Positions 37,001 to 47,557 of a stretch of 64,000 nt of DNA are shown here, one piece after another. Positions within the stretch are counted from its first letter, which is position 1. Every line of letters begins with the position of its first letter. Under the pieces are notes generated by a model, which worked only from the letters and a program-made list of their open reading frames with translations, was not told the origin of the DNA and ran no database searches. The position numbers and the translations under genes are program-made. The stretch is from Tubiluchus corallicola (lineage: Eukaryota; Animalia; Priapulida), in assembly GCA_030141605.1 (NCBI GenBank), contig JAQGDQ010000004.1, forward strand, positions 1,240,001 through 1,304,000, given 5' to 3'.

Positions 37001-39861
37001 CAATTCGAAACTATGCTGCTCATCTACGCATCGTCGTTACCCACTGTTCTACTGTATTTCTTTCAGCCTATTACCACCATTAAACGTGGAAAAGAATATT
37101 AAGTAGAATGTTCGTGTTTTAAAGATTATAAGTTTATTTATAAGCAAAACCATTTGGGGCTTAAAAAATGTTGAGAAGAACACTGACAGAAAACTGCTCG
37201 TTTGCAACACATTAATGGAGAGACCTTAAATGATCTTGAGTGTTACCAGAAAAACGACCATTAAACTTTTTTTGGAAAACTTATGCTTAAGTAGTTTGAA
37301 TCTATACAGTATGAAAAATTAACATCTGGTGCCATTTTTGAAAACTACACCCTACTAATTCTGGCATGCACATTTGCCATGTTCACACTGGAAAGTTTTC
37401 TGTTGCAATTTTAGTCTAATAGCAAACTTGCTAGTGTGAACTGGTTTGCGAGTGCCTGCTGGCATAAAAATTGAACATGCTCTGACAGTTGTTGCAAGTT
37501 GATTTACCATAAAGTGTGAACGCATCACAAATTTACTGTTAGCAGCTTTTGACACTTCTTGCAGGGAATAGAATCTATTTTTTCCTAGGACTTATGACTG
37601 CTTTCTAGAACAGTATCTTACGTGAAACCTTGGCAACGTGCCAAGAATAATTTCTCACTAGTCTGAAAGCTGCTGCAAGATCTGCCGCGAGACTTTTGCT
37701 CGCGCTTAATACTGCAGAGTAACTAGCAGTAGATTTTGCTCTTTACAGTGAACCCACTTGTAAGTTTCTTACAATGTATAACATGTATAAATGTGTATTA
37801 CTGATGTTGTTCATTTTTTTAACAGCGTTGGACAAATCAGGGTCTTATTGATGCTGTTGTAACATATCTGCCCATAATGTGCAGTTCTGTGTTTTTGAAT
37901 GCGGTATTCACAAGTGAATTGACTTTGGTCGCTCCAGGACAACATATAGGTAAGCATTCATTCCCATAGCAGATTAGAATAAAAAAATTGACAAGGAGAA
38001 CACTTTTATAAATAATACTTTGAAAATTTGTATGTTCAATCTATTGCTTAGGAAGTAGTAAGAAATTCAAAGTACTTTTTTTGAGAATCTCAACTTAATA
38101 ATGAAAAAAAAGTAGTGACCAAAATTTTTATGAAGAATTGCAACATTTTCACTATCGAAATTCAAAACCATAATAAATTAATGATGCACTTTGGTTCTCT
38201 TTGTCTGTTGATGCCATACATAAATGAATGAATGGAAATTTTATTAGCCCGTTAATATTTAGATACAGTCAATCCTCTTCATACCACCCCTTTTGGATCG
38301 GAAAAAAGTTGGAAGTTTGAGTTATAGTGAGTTTGGTGTTATAAAAAGGTGTGTTTTTTTGCCACAGACGAATCGCAAGACAGTCAGACAAGTGTACACA
38401 GATTAGGGTCCTCAATTTTCGTTCTATAGGTTAATGAATTAAAAGAAAATTAGTAAATTAATCATCTGTGAATTAATGACACTCAAAATAAGTTACCTTT
38501 AATAATAAAATTTTGTTTACATATACTCAGTTACACATAAAAGACTGTAGGCCCACTGCTCCATTAATCATGTCTATGTGAAAAGATTAATTCACAACTA
38601 TAATTTTCTGCTTGGATTTGTTTGAATAAGCAAATATCATGCTTCACGCTTGTGAAAAAGAGCCACTTGTTTTTTGTCAGTTTCCATTAGCACCATGTGG
38701 CACTTTCACAGTAATAATACTATGATTATACAATGTACATTATAGCTTGCAAACAATGCAAACAATCAGAACATAATGGCATGCATTCTTCTATACAACA
38801 CATGGCATCTGGCCAGTGTCAGTGACTGGTGTAGAGCAGCCTATGATGGCTGGCATTATACCAAGAAGCTCTTGGCATTAGCTGAGACTGTTGGTGCCTG
38901 GCGGTATTTCCCTATTGAACACACACAGACATGCACATAAATATATATATATATTATATATATATATATATATATATTCCTAGCTATTAAATTGACCAGC
39001 CTATAACATAAATAATAATAATATAAGCTTATTTTATCATAAACTTGAAATTACAATTAGAACAAACAATATTTCACCATAATAATATATGCTGTTATTA
39101 TAGATGTTTTAGTCCGGTCAATTTAATAGCTAGGACTACATCTTCATAAACATGTATAGTGTGTAAATTTTCATGGGATGGCAAAAAAGAATCACTGATC
39201 AAAATAATTGTAATAAACTTCATGCTAGTAAGTTCAGTAGCAAAAGATGATAAAAAAGAGAGAATGAATGTGTATTTGCTTTGTATTCCATGAAATGCGT
39301 GTCTTATCTTATCTTATCTTATCTTATCTAAATTTATCTTAAACACTTGTGACTAAGCCATAAAGTGAAGGAGCATGAATCAGATTTAAATTACATGACA
39401 CAGAAGTGGTGCTGACAAGCCAGTGGCATAGCAGTGTTTAATTTTTTTGCTAGATTACTGCTGTGTTTACCTGCTTTTAGGGCAGATTTCTTTTACTTTA
39501 GAGTTCTGCCTGCCCATTGTCTACAAAAGACCTAATCGGCATATGAATGAATGAATGATATCTGCAATATATATGATTAAAGTTCACCTTTAAATTACAT
39601 TTCATTTCATTTTTAGGCAAATGGCTCCTGCTTACGAAGGTTAGCCACATTGTTTTGCATCGAGTAATTAGAGATGTGGGACAGCGTTTGACAGACATTG
39701 ATAAACTGCATTTGGCATTCTGGCCTGGACTACTTGTATATGCAATAGCAACAGCTGGAGTTTTCTTACTATGGTTAGGAAAAAGGAAAAATGAGCGGAG
39801 GGTGCACTTTACTGTCCCCCCTCACACTCCTGTTGGAACTCGTAGTCGTGTACAGACTTAA
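24393..39861 (+). CDS. Divergent MFS transporter, SLC22A18-like; 446 aa from ATG 24393 or 406 aa from ATG 24513; 9 coding exons
   Basis: Phase-consistent GT-AG exons: 24393(24513)-24644, 25112-25173, 26569-26717, 30403-30535, 30680-30771, 35199-35380, 35883-35984, 37826-37949, 39617-39861. Many hydrophobic helices. Segments FPVICQQEFNLNFKTTSSLL..INVVLLGLVLPKL and FLNAVFTSELTLVAPGQHIGKWLLL parallel the C-terminal half of SLC22A18/MFSD9-type proteins as recalled. Orthology is not established. Confidence 0.7.
25446..25667. mobile_element. PIF/Harbinger-like MITE
   Basis: TIRs TGGTGCATTCAG / CTGAATGCACTG with TAA on both sides. Internal ACTCGCAAGTGTGAA-type repeats. Confidence 0.7.
27028..29712. 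mobile_element. Kolobok-like non-autonomous DNA transposon (about 2.7 kb)
   Basis: TTAA on both sides (27024-27027 and 29713-29716). Imperfect TIRs AAACGAGTCCGCGAAAGCACCATGCA versus GAATGCGTCCGCGAGAAGACCATGCA with purine-purine termini rather than the CCC of piggyBac. No long ORF. Confidence 0.7.
30885..31878. mobile_element. Tc1/mariner (pogo/Tigger-like) non-autonomous element
   Basis: TIRs CACTAGGCGCTGCTTAATAGACT versus CAGTAGGCACCGCTTAACAGACT; TA on the left and CA on the right. Confidence 0.7.
32110..33620. mobile_element. Two oppositely oriented fragments of the Helitron-like family (about 32110-32380 on +, 33335-33620 on -)
   Basis: GGAAAAAACAAGCACACTCCTGGAAAGAAGATGAAATGGTCTATAAAGTGTGAGTGTTTCATTTACAGAGATGCCCACTT recurs as a reverse complement at ~33345-33430. 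A related block lies at ~36820-36900. Confidence 0.6.
32854..33169. mobile_element. Harbinger-like MITE, same family as 25446-25667
   Basis: Starts TTA|TGGTGCATTCAGAG and ends TATGTGCCA|TTA; shares CACACTTGCGAGT repeats. Confidence 0.55.
36430..37106 (+). mobile_element. Diverged Helitron-like copy (ends uncertain)
   Basis: Shares CAAATGAAAGGTCTTGATC and AATGGTTGGATAGCCTATTCAGTGG-type blocks with the 41180 and 47458 copies. Confidence 0.45.
37376..37760. mobile_element. Degenerate member of the Harbinger-like MITE family
   Basis: GTTCACACTG...CAGTGAAC ends and internal ACTTGCTAGTGTGAAC motifs as in 25446-25667. Confidence 0.35.
38978..39135. mobile_element. Short MITE with about 32-bp TIRs next to a (TA)n tract
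   Basis: TCCTAGCTATTAAATTGACCAGCCTATAACAT is the near reverse complement of ATGTTTTAGTCCGGTCAATTTAATAGCTAGGA. (TA)n at ~38940-38976. Confidence 0.7.
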
Positions 39862-40291
39862 CAAAACACAATTTTCTATTTACTTTAGAAGTGAATTTCT
39901 TGATAGAAACTACAGTGTATTAATGTTATACAATGTGGTGGAGGCTAAAAAGTCATCAATGTTAGTTTTACATTAAAATCTACTAATGTGTGACATATTT
40001 TCCAATACTATTACAAGCATTTGGAGTTGAGTTAAAGTCTCAAAAGCTCACCTTGCCATAATATCATGCAGCACTTGCAATATAGCAGCTTATCAAGAAT
40101 TTTCATTTGGGATGCCTGTGTATATCAATTTTCCAGGTCAATAACGAAGTTTTTTCTTAATTTTTGTTTGTCCCCTTCGTTCACCTACACTGTGATTTAA
40201 ATTAATGGGAAAAAAACTGAAGAGATGGAAATACATTTTGCACCCTGTCACGAAGCAATGGGTTACATTACACTATATAGCTTGTTTTTCG

Positions 40292-43200
40292 CTACAGTTC
40301 AGTAACAGGCATTTCTGTAATGTTATCTTGAATAAAATTTGGGTTTATAACACCTCGCATTTCGTTGCTGTCTAGTTGACTTAGATTCATGTTTGGGGAA
40401 ACTTTAGCCAGCTCTCCCGAGTTTGGAGGCAGTGTTTGGTTTCGCTGCACCCCTTCTGGATTGGTGTAGTGCCGTCGACCATTGCCTGGTGAAGTGGCAA
40501 ATGTTACTGTTTTTCCTGTGGCATCACTCTTAGAGTGACCTTTCAGACGTGCTGAAATACAATTCTTTTAAATTAATGTGCTTCAGTACTGGTAACTTGA
40601 TATTGACATATTAGACATTTTTAAGCAATTGAAACTACTCTATTTACCTGTGCACTTGATTTACTTTAAATGCATTTATGTACTGTACTAACAGAGGATA
40701 GAGTGGATTTTACCTATGGCAATTGCAAAAAAGTGCCTATCAACGTAAATGCTTTTGTTTTGCGTTGGCAAAAATTTTCTTAGGGATTTTTAATAAATAA
40801 TATCTCCAAACTTTTCCACCAGCTGCAGCAGAAGACAGACATGGAAACAAAGTGACCTCGGTTGGTCAACAGAGAGTGGACAAGTGGCATTCATTACCCG
40901 ACAGCATTGTATATGTGTCACATGCAAATCAAGAAAGGCAGACTTAAAAGTGAAGGCAAGATCAGAAAAACGTGAAACAAAAATAGTAGTCGTACATACC
41001 ACGTTGAGTGTTTGGCGTTCTATTTATAGAATTATTGCTGTGAGATGATGCAGTTGAAATCTTTCTGGGCATAAGACTGCCAAAACCTATCCTCTCATCG
41101 TCTAGATCAACCTCTCCTTGTAACTCTGGGAAAAAGACAGATTGCATGTTGATACTAATTAAGTGCTACTCTGTAATCATCGTATATATTAATTTCGGTG
41201 GTAATTGTATGTATATATAATCGACGAGGCTACAGCTCCGACGATGGCACCATTTTCGGCATTCTATACATCAAATGAAAGATCCAGACCCACAAATTTG
41301 CCACTGGGGGTTTATTTTTCAAATTAGGTGAACCGGGACGAAATGGGGGGACTTCAAAAATGGGCAACACTTATATCTCTTATTTCTGGAGAACGGGAAT
41401 GGGCCGGGGGTGGTGGTGGTAATGGTTAAATAGCCCGTTCAATGGTGGGTGTTGTAGGCATATTTAGAATTCGTGGGAGGGCCACAGCGTTTTCCCGGAC
41501 CCACCTCCCAATTTTTTCGAAATTTAGGTCAAACAGTCTATAGAAAAAACGTTCGAGTGACCCTGGTGGGACTCTTCAAAGGAGATATGCAGCTCTTTAG
41601 AGAGAGGAGAAACAGGGCTGCATGATGGTGTGGGCTGTATTTTAGCACGTCTCCACTATGAGGTGCTATGAGAAGAGTTGATTGGAGGTTCCATTTTGGG
41701 CGTTTTTTGCTTGGAAAACTGCTGACATAAAGCCATTGTTCTGACGTTATCCATTATACTCTGCTTATAACCTTGAGTAAATGCTGCTACTGGCTTTGCG
41801 TTATAAATAGGGACTATGTAGGATGTTCGCATATTATTCAATATAAGTGTAATAGTAAGCATTTTTTTGCCGGGCTCTGCTAGTTTTACTATTAATTTCA
41901 AGAATGTCACTTTTGCTATGAACTGCACACAGTTTTGTCTAATCAAGAAATAACATTAAAATAGCTGCTCTGCTGAAAATTGCTTTTTAACCGAGAACTC
42001 AGATGTTCCAAATGTATGACTTCCTTCCAGAAACAATGTTACTGGAATATGTAATTAAACTGCATTCCCAGAGAGATAATGCTGTGATGTGCCATAGTTT
42101 TTGAACAGTAAGTCCACAACTACCATTTTGATTAAAAGTCTTGTTAAAAAGATGTTGGGACTTAATGCTTCAGTTCTAGAACGTTTCTGGAGTACAAGAA
42201 ATTTAATCATTAATTGCTTGAAAATTTTCAAAAAAAGAAAGCGGTAGAAACATTACAGAGCTGAAAACTATTCATTAGACTTTAAATCTGTTGTTTAATT
42301 GATCCCCCACTGAAAATGAATGAAAGGCCTATGGCTAGGCTCAGTTACGGTTACTATAAATAAACTTTTGAGACCAGCTGCATGTTGGCAACCCACAAAC
42401 TAACAATTTGCTGCACAAGTGGCACGTATTCTGTCAATGACCTCTTGTAGAATTGATAAATCAAAACACTTTTTTATAATTAGTTCTTTACTCTCTCTAG
42501 ATTCAAACTTGTTTCTCGTTCATTTAGACGTCAAACCGCTGCTGTAAGATGCCATGCTGCTGTCAGGGTGCCACTTGACAATAAACTACAAAGTTGCCGT
42601 TTCAATTTCTAATGTAGATGGAAAGCTGTACCAACCAGCTACCAACTTGCAAGTTGGTTACTGCTAAATAGTTACAATTAAAAATGACATTCACAGCTAC
42701 ATCTCCACATTTTGTTTGGTTGCCATTTATCTACACAATCAGCTTCTGGTGATAGTGTAATAAAATAGAAAAGAAATAAAGTGTAATAAAATAAAAAGAA
42801 ATAACTGGACCTATAATCTGTCTCCAAGTTTAAGTAGATGTACCGACTGTGCTAAACGTACCTGTGTTAGATACAGCTGCTTCTTCAACCCATTCTTCTT
42901 CAGTAAGTTCATCGCATTGTGGCGTTGTCAGCAACAACAGATTTTCACTGCTGCCAGTCATGAGCGACCTGCGCACATTCATCACTGCATCACCTCGACT
43001 CTCAATCTGACGTGATAGGTGGTCAAACCGTTTATCCAATTGTTCTTGTTGTTTACTATCTTCAACTGCATTCTTGATGCGATTAAACCACAAATCATGC
43101 GAGTCTTCAGATTTTACAGAAATCTTCGATTTTGGAAACTTCAGCAAAATAATACTAGTCTTTTTCACATGCTGTGTTACTGTTTCTATATCTGTCAGAT

Positions 43201-43414
43201 TTATAGTTTCTTTGGGTGGTTTTACTTTATCATCTTCATTTGCAAAATCGGTGGACGTTTTGAAGAACACAAGTTGGTTAGTTTTTAATACTGCATAACG
43301 TTTCTTCCACTGTCCCATGACTGTGTTTTTATGAACTTCAATCTGTCCCTCGTGCAATATAGCAGTTTCATTGAAACCCGTGTCAAATTGAAGTTTGACA
43401 TAACTTGTGCTCAT
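40292..43414 (-). CDS. PH-domain protein, 312 aa, with disordered tail and C-terminal PDZ-binding-type motif (VTEL)
   Basis: Exons 43414-42862, 41125-41000, 40551-40292, all phase-1 GT-AG joins, 939 nt. PH pattern LHEGQIEVHK..GQWKKRYAVLKTNQLVFFK..PKETINL..WFNRIKNAV. Ends GVINPNFIQDNITEMPVTEL*. Confidence 0.75.
41180..41883 (+). mobile_element. Non-autonomous Helitron-like element, copy 1
   Basis: A|TCGTATATATTAATTTCGGTGGT ... CTAG|T termini, no TIR or TSD; colinear with 47458-48345. Confidence 0.75.
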
Positions 43415-44378
43415 TGTGGTTACTATTGTATAAATCACAGTTACAGAATACTTGTCAAAATTCAAAATACAATTCACTGATAATGAACATTAATAATATT
43501 GTTCAACTAATATTATTTACTGTAACATCATTAAAGAAGACTAGTGATGGGATGCAGGCAAGCAGGATGCATACTTCCTTATACTAGATACTCAGTCATG
43601 TATAACAGGAAATACAGTGTGTATATTCAGTCGATTTGCCGCCTACACTGTTTTATTTTAAGAATGAGGAATATACTCGTTTCAGCAACAGGAAGAGATG
43701 GCACTCTGTCAAACTAATTTATTTTTGTTTGTCAATGTATTTTTATTTTTGTCTGAGAATAAGAATTCCATAGCTAGCATGTGTTAATTTTACAACTACA
43801 TGTAACGTTTTATTTATTATTAACTTCTAAAATATGTATATAAGTAAAAAACTGCTTTTTTAAATTTCTGTATGAATACGAACACAATTTCTCTCAAAAC
43901 TTCTATAAAAAGCATGTACTGCACAAATGGAAAAACACAAAAGCATACATGGTTGAAGTATTTTAAATTACATTCACTTGTGTGAATCTGTAGGTTCAAC
44001 AAAATTTAATATCATTTAAGTAAGTAGCTTTAACAAATGAACAACAGGCATATAAAGCAAATGCAACAATTCATTTCCACGATTTTCGTGACATTGCCAC
44101 TTTTGACGTAATTAAATACTAAAATCAGTTTCTCTATTAAACTGATGTGGTTACACATCTGAGTGTAACTTTATAAATGAATGTTGCCTACAATTAGTTG
44201 ATATAGCAGCTGGTGTCTGGACTAAAACTGCCTGAAGAAGGCATAGCTACCTAGGACTTAGCTTGTAATGCCATTAATTCACTTACTGCTAAAAAACTTG
44301 CTACCTTTGAGCTTCAAATAAAACACTTTTTATCATCAACCTAGGTTTAAAAAAGCATTCTTGGACAGCCAGTTTCCC

Positions 44379-44815
44379 CTGTAGCGGATAGCCCTATAGG
44401 CTGAAGCCTAAGGCCCGGGATCAAAAGGGGCCCGGCAAAATAAAACGAAAAAAAAAATTTTTTTGTAAAAAAAAAATAAATTGACAAAAGAGCAAGGGCT
44501 CTTTTTTTTCAAAAGTCAGTCACTATATTTCAAATCAAGTTTACACAATTCAAGTTTACACAATTTAAGTTTACACAATTCACGTTTACACAGTTTAAGT
44601 TTAAGTTCAAAACTTCAGTTTCCGAATTTTTCTGGGGGCAAAGTCATTTATAATTTCTGAAAAGTCCATTTTATCACAATCGGTGGACAAAAACTCACAA
44701 AATTAAACAAACTTACAAACGACGACAAAAACACGTCAGCTCAGCAGTGTAGCAACATTTAAAAGGCCCGTTCCAAGCTCAAGCCTAAGGCCCATAAAAT
44801 CATAATCCGCCGCTG
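44379..44815. mobile_element. hAT-type MITE
   Basis: Perfect 8-bp TSD AGTTTCCC on both sides, TIRs CTGTAGCGGAT / ATCCGCCGCTG, and an internal 14-bp tandem AAGTTTACACAATT x4. Confidence 0.85.
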
Positions 44816-45318
44816 AGTTTCCCACCTTCTGTTTAGGGCAGTAATTGCTGTACTCACAATGCAATTGTCATTTTAATTGTGTTGGAGTCACTGGCCAGTG
44901 CAAAATGGGGAAAAATTCATACATTAGGAACTATACTGGAAAAAATTTAAAACTTTACCATGTGCATTATTTCCTACTGAAGGCATGTCTTCATCTAACA
45001 AAGGTTCAGTTAACACTACAGTTTTGTGGAACACATTAAGCAATGATTTACTGTTGATAGTAAGAAAAAAGAAGAAAGTGTTTGGCAAAAATTTGCTACT
45101 TCATTTTGGAGTTGCAGGAAACGCTGTATGTCAGGTGCAAATTCACGTACTCTGTGCTTTTACATGCTACATACAGGGTAAAAAACAAAAAAATAAAAGA
45201 AAACAATTAGCTAGCAGTTTGCTCTTGCAATTTTGAAGAGTTTATTTTGACTGATGGAATTCCAAATGCAGTACGTAGCAAGTCTGAGTTGTTGGCTCCT
45301 GCATTAACAAAAAATGTC

Positions 45319-47491
45319 TCACTCGTCTGATTGTTCCGCTTTCTTTTTCTTTTTCTTCTTTTTCTTCTCCGAAGTACTCAAACTGTCATCTGCATTAAAT
45401 TTAAACAAATTTGCACTTTAATATTAAAAACTGATGTTTTATATTACTTTACACTTATTACTTACAATATTCACATACTTCAACTTAAACACGAATGTCA
45501 GTAAATGATTCTTAAAAAAATTTGAATCCAAATTTCAAGAGTAATAAAAATACAGATCACGGCATTTTTGTGAATTTTTTTAATGCAAAGCTCTTCTGGG
45601 AGGGTTGGGAGAGAGGTATAGAACTGTAATGTATGTAACATTCACAACGGTTTACCTGCTTATTCAGCATACGTACCTGTTGGGCTACCAACAAATGAAA
45701 TGTTGGTTGCTGCATCCCCGGAACCTTCATGTTTGATGCTCTTTTTTTTCTCTGATGGTGCTTCACCTAAAAACAATACAGAAAAAATCTTTCCAACATG
45801 GCATACACTTGTCACACAAATGCTTAATTAAACAATAAGATCTTCCAAAACAATTTACAGGAAAAGTGCAAGTAAAAGAGCAAAAACTTATCCATATATA
45901 ATACACAGAAAAATAAAAGGTTAAAAAAGAGATGTGAAAGTGACTTCATAAGCATGAAATTAAAGATAAGTATTAAAAATGATAAGCATTTTTGTCGTTG
46001 ACAATTAATGTTAATTAGATGGCACAGCCCAACACTGTCAGCAGTGTAATTGAGAGACTGCAAGAAAGCAGAAATTATTAAACCAAATTGTTTATGACAG
46101 ATTAAAACTTACCAAAAGGCTGATTTGTAGAAACCACAAACTTGGAACTTAAACTTTACTATTCTGAACTTGAACTTGTTCAATCTGACTGGGAGGAACT
46201 TGGACTTGAAACAAGTTCATTTTGCACCTAAATAACTTGGGACTTGAATAAGTTCATTTTTAGAGGAACTTGCCATCACTGTAGTTGTAAATCAGCTGCA
46301 GTTATTCAAGGAAAGCAAATACATTTAGTGCTGTTTGCTAGACTTACTTTCAAAAGTTTAGACTATTATGCTGGCAGGATAACTAATGGCCCAAGGCAGG
46401 TTACTGCTGAACAGCCACAAACCCTACAATAACACCATGTTTAGCGTCACCGCAGACCTGGCAATGTAAGAAAGCTTGACAATAGTGTCTCACAGATAGT
46501 ACTTTCTTTGGTTTATAACCATTAGATTGTTTATAATTAAATGTGTACTTGCTGAACCTGAACTGGTGTCAACATTTAGCTGTGGTGAAGTGACATATTT
46601 ATCTTTCTGTTTAATTCTCCTTTTTCTTTTTAATGAAGCTTTAATGATGTTTTAATGCATCGTACCTGAATGATCAGAAAAAGTTTGGCAAAACTTGCAA
46701 TGTGTATTATTTGCTGAAGAAAGCAACAAAGTTGTAAGAAGACACTGCCATTTTACTGAATTTTTATTTCTGTTTGTAAAAAATGTCAATAATAATAAAT
46801 TAAGAATTTTTAATAAAAGAGTAAAACTAATGATCAACTGATTAACTCTACAAACCTAACACAAAAAGTAAAACTTTGCTTCAGTCGTAGCTTTTTGTTA
46901 CTTTGAATTTAATAAATTGTAGAAACATCACGACAAGCTGTTCATAAAAAATGATAGTTTGATTGATATTGGAATTTATAAATATGGATCACATATTTCA
47001 AAAATAAAATCGCACAAAGTTTGCCCATTACGGGTTAGCATTACACAATTGTATTTATATTGGATGCCAAATGGATGGACACGAGTCACATGTTGAGCAG
47101 ACTAAAGTTCTAACAGAATAATTTGTTCTATGTATGGCAATACTACAATAAGTGCCAGAAGAGACTGAACACTGACCATATCTGTGAATATTTTAAGTGC
47201 GCTTCAAGAATCAAGTGAATTGAAAAGGAATGGACAAGTGCTAATGTGCAGGTGAACACCATTATTAACAGATGATATAGAAAATTTAGTGCACTTTCGA
47301 CCAAGGGTGACTGTCAGGGTAAGTTTATCTGTTCATTTAGCAGTCTGTTTTTGACAAAGAAAGTTGTTAAAGTTTACTCAGTAATACCATTTATTAATCA
47401 AGAATGCTAGTAAAGCCATGCTATAAGTTGATTACTTTGTAACTCAGTTTTACATTATCGTATATATTAATTTCGGTGGTATATTTTATAT

Positions 47492-47557
<66 letters not shown>

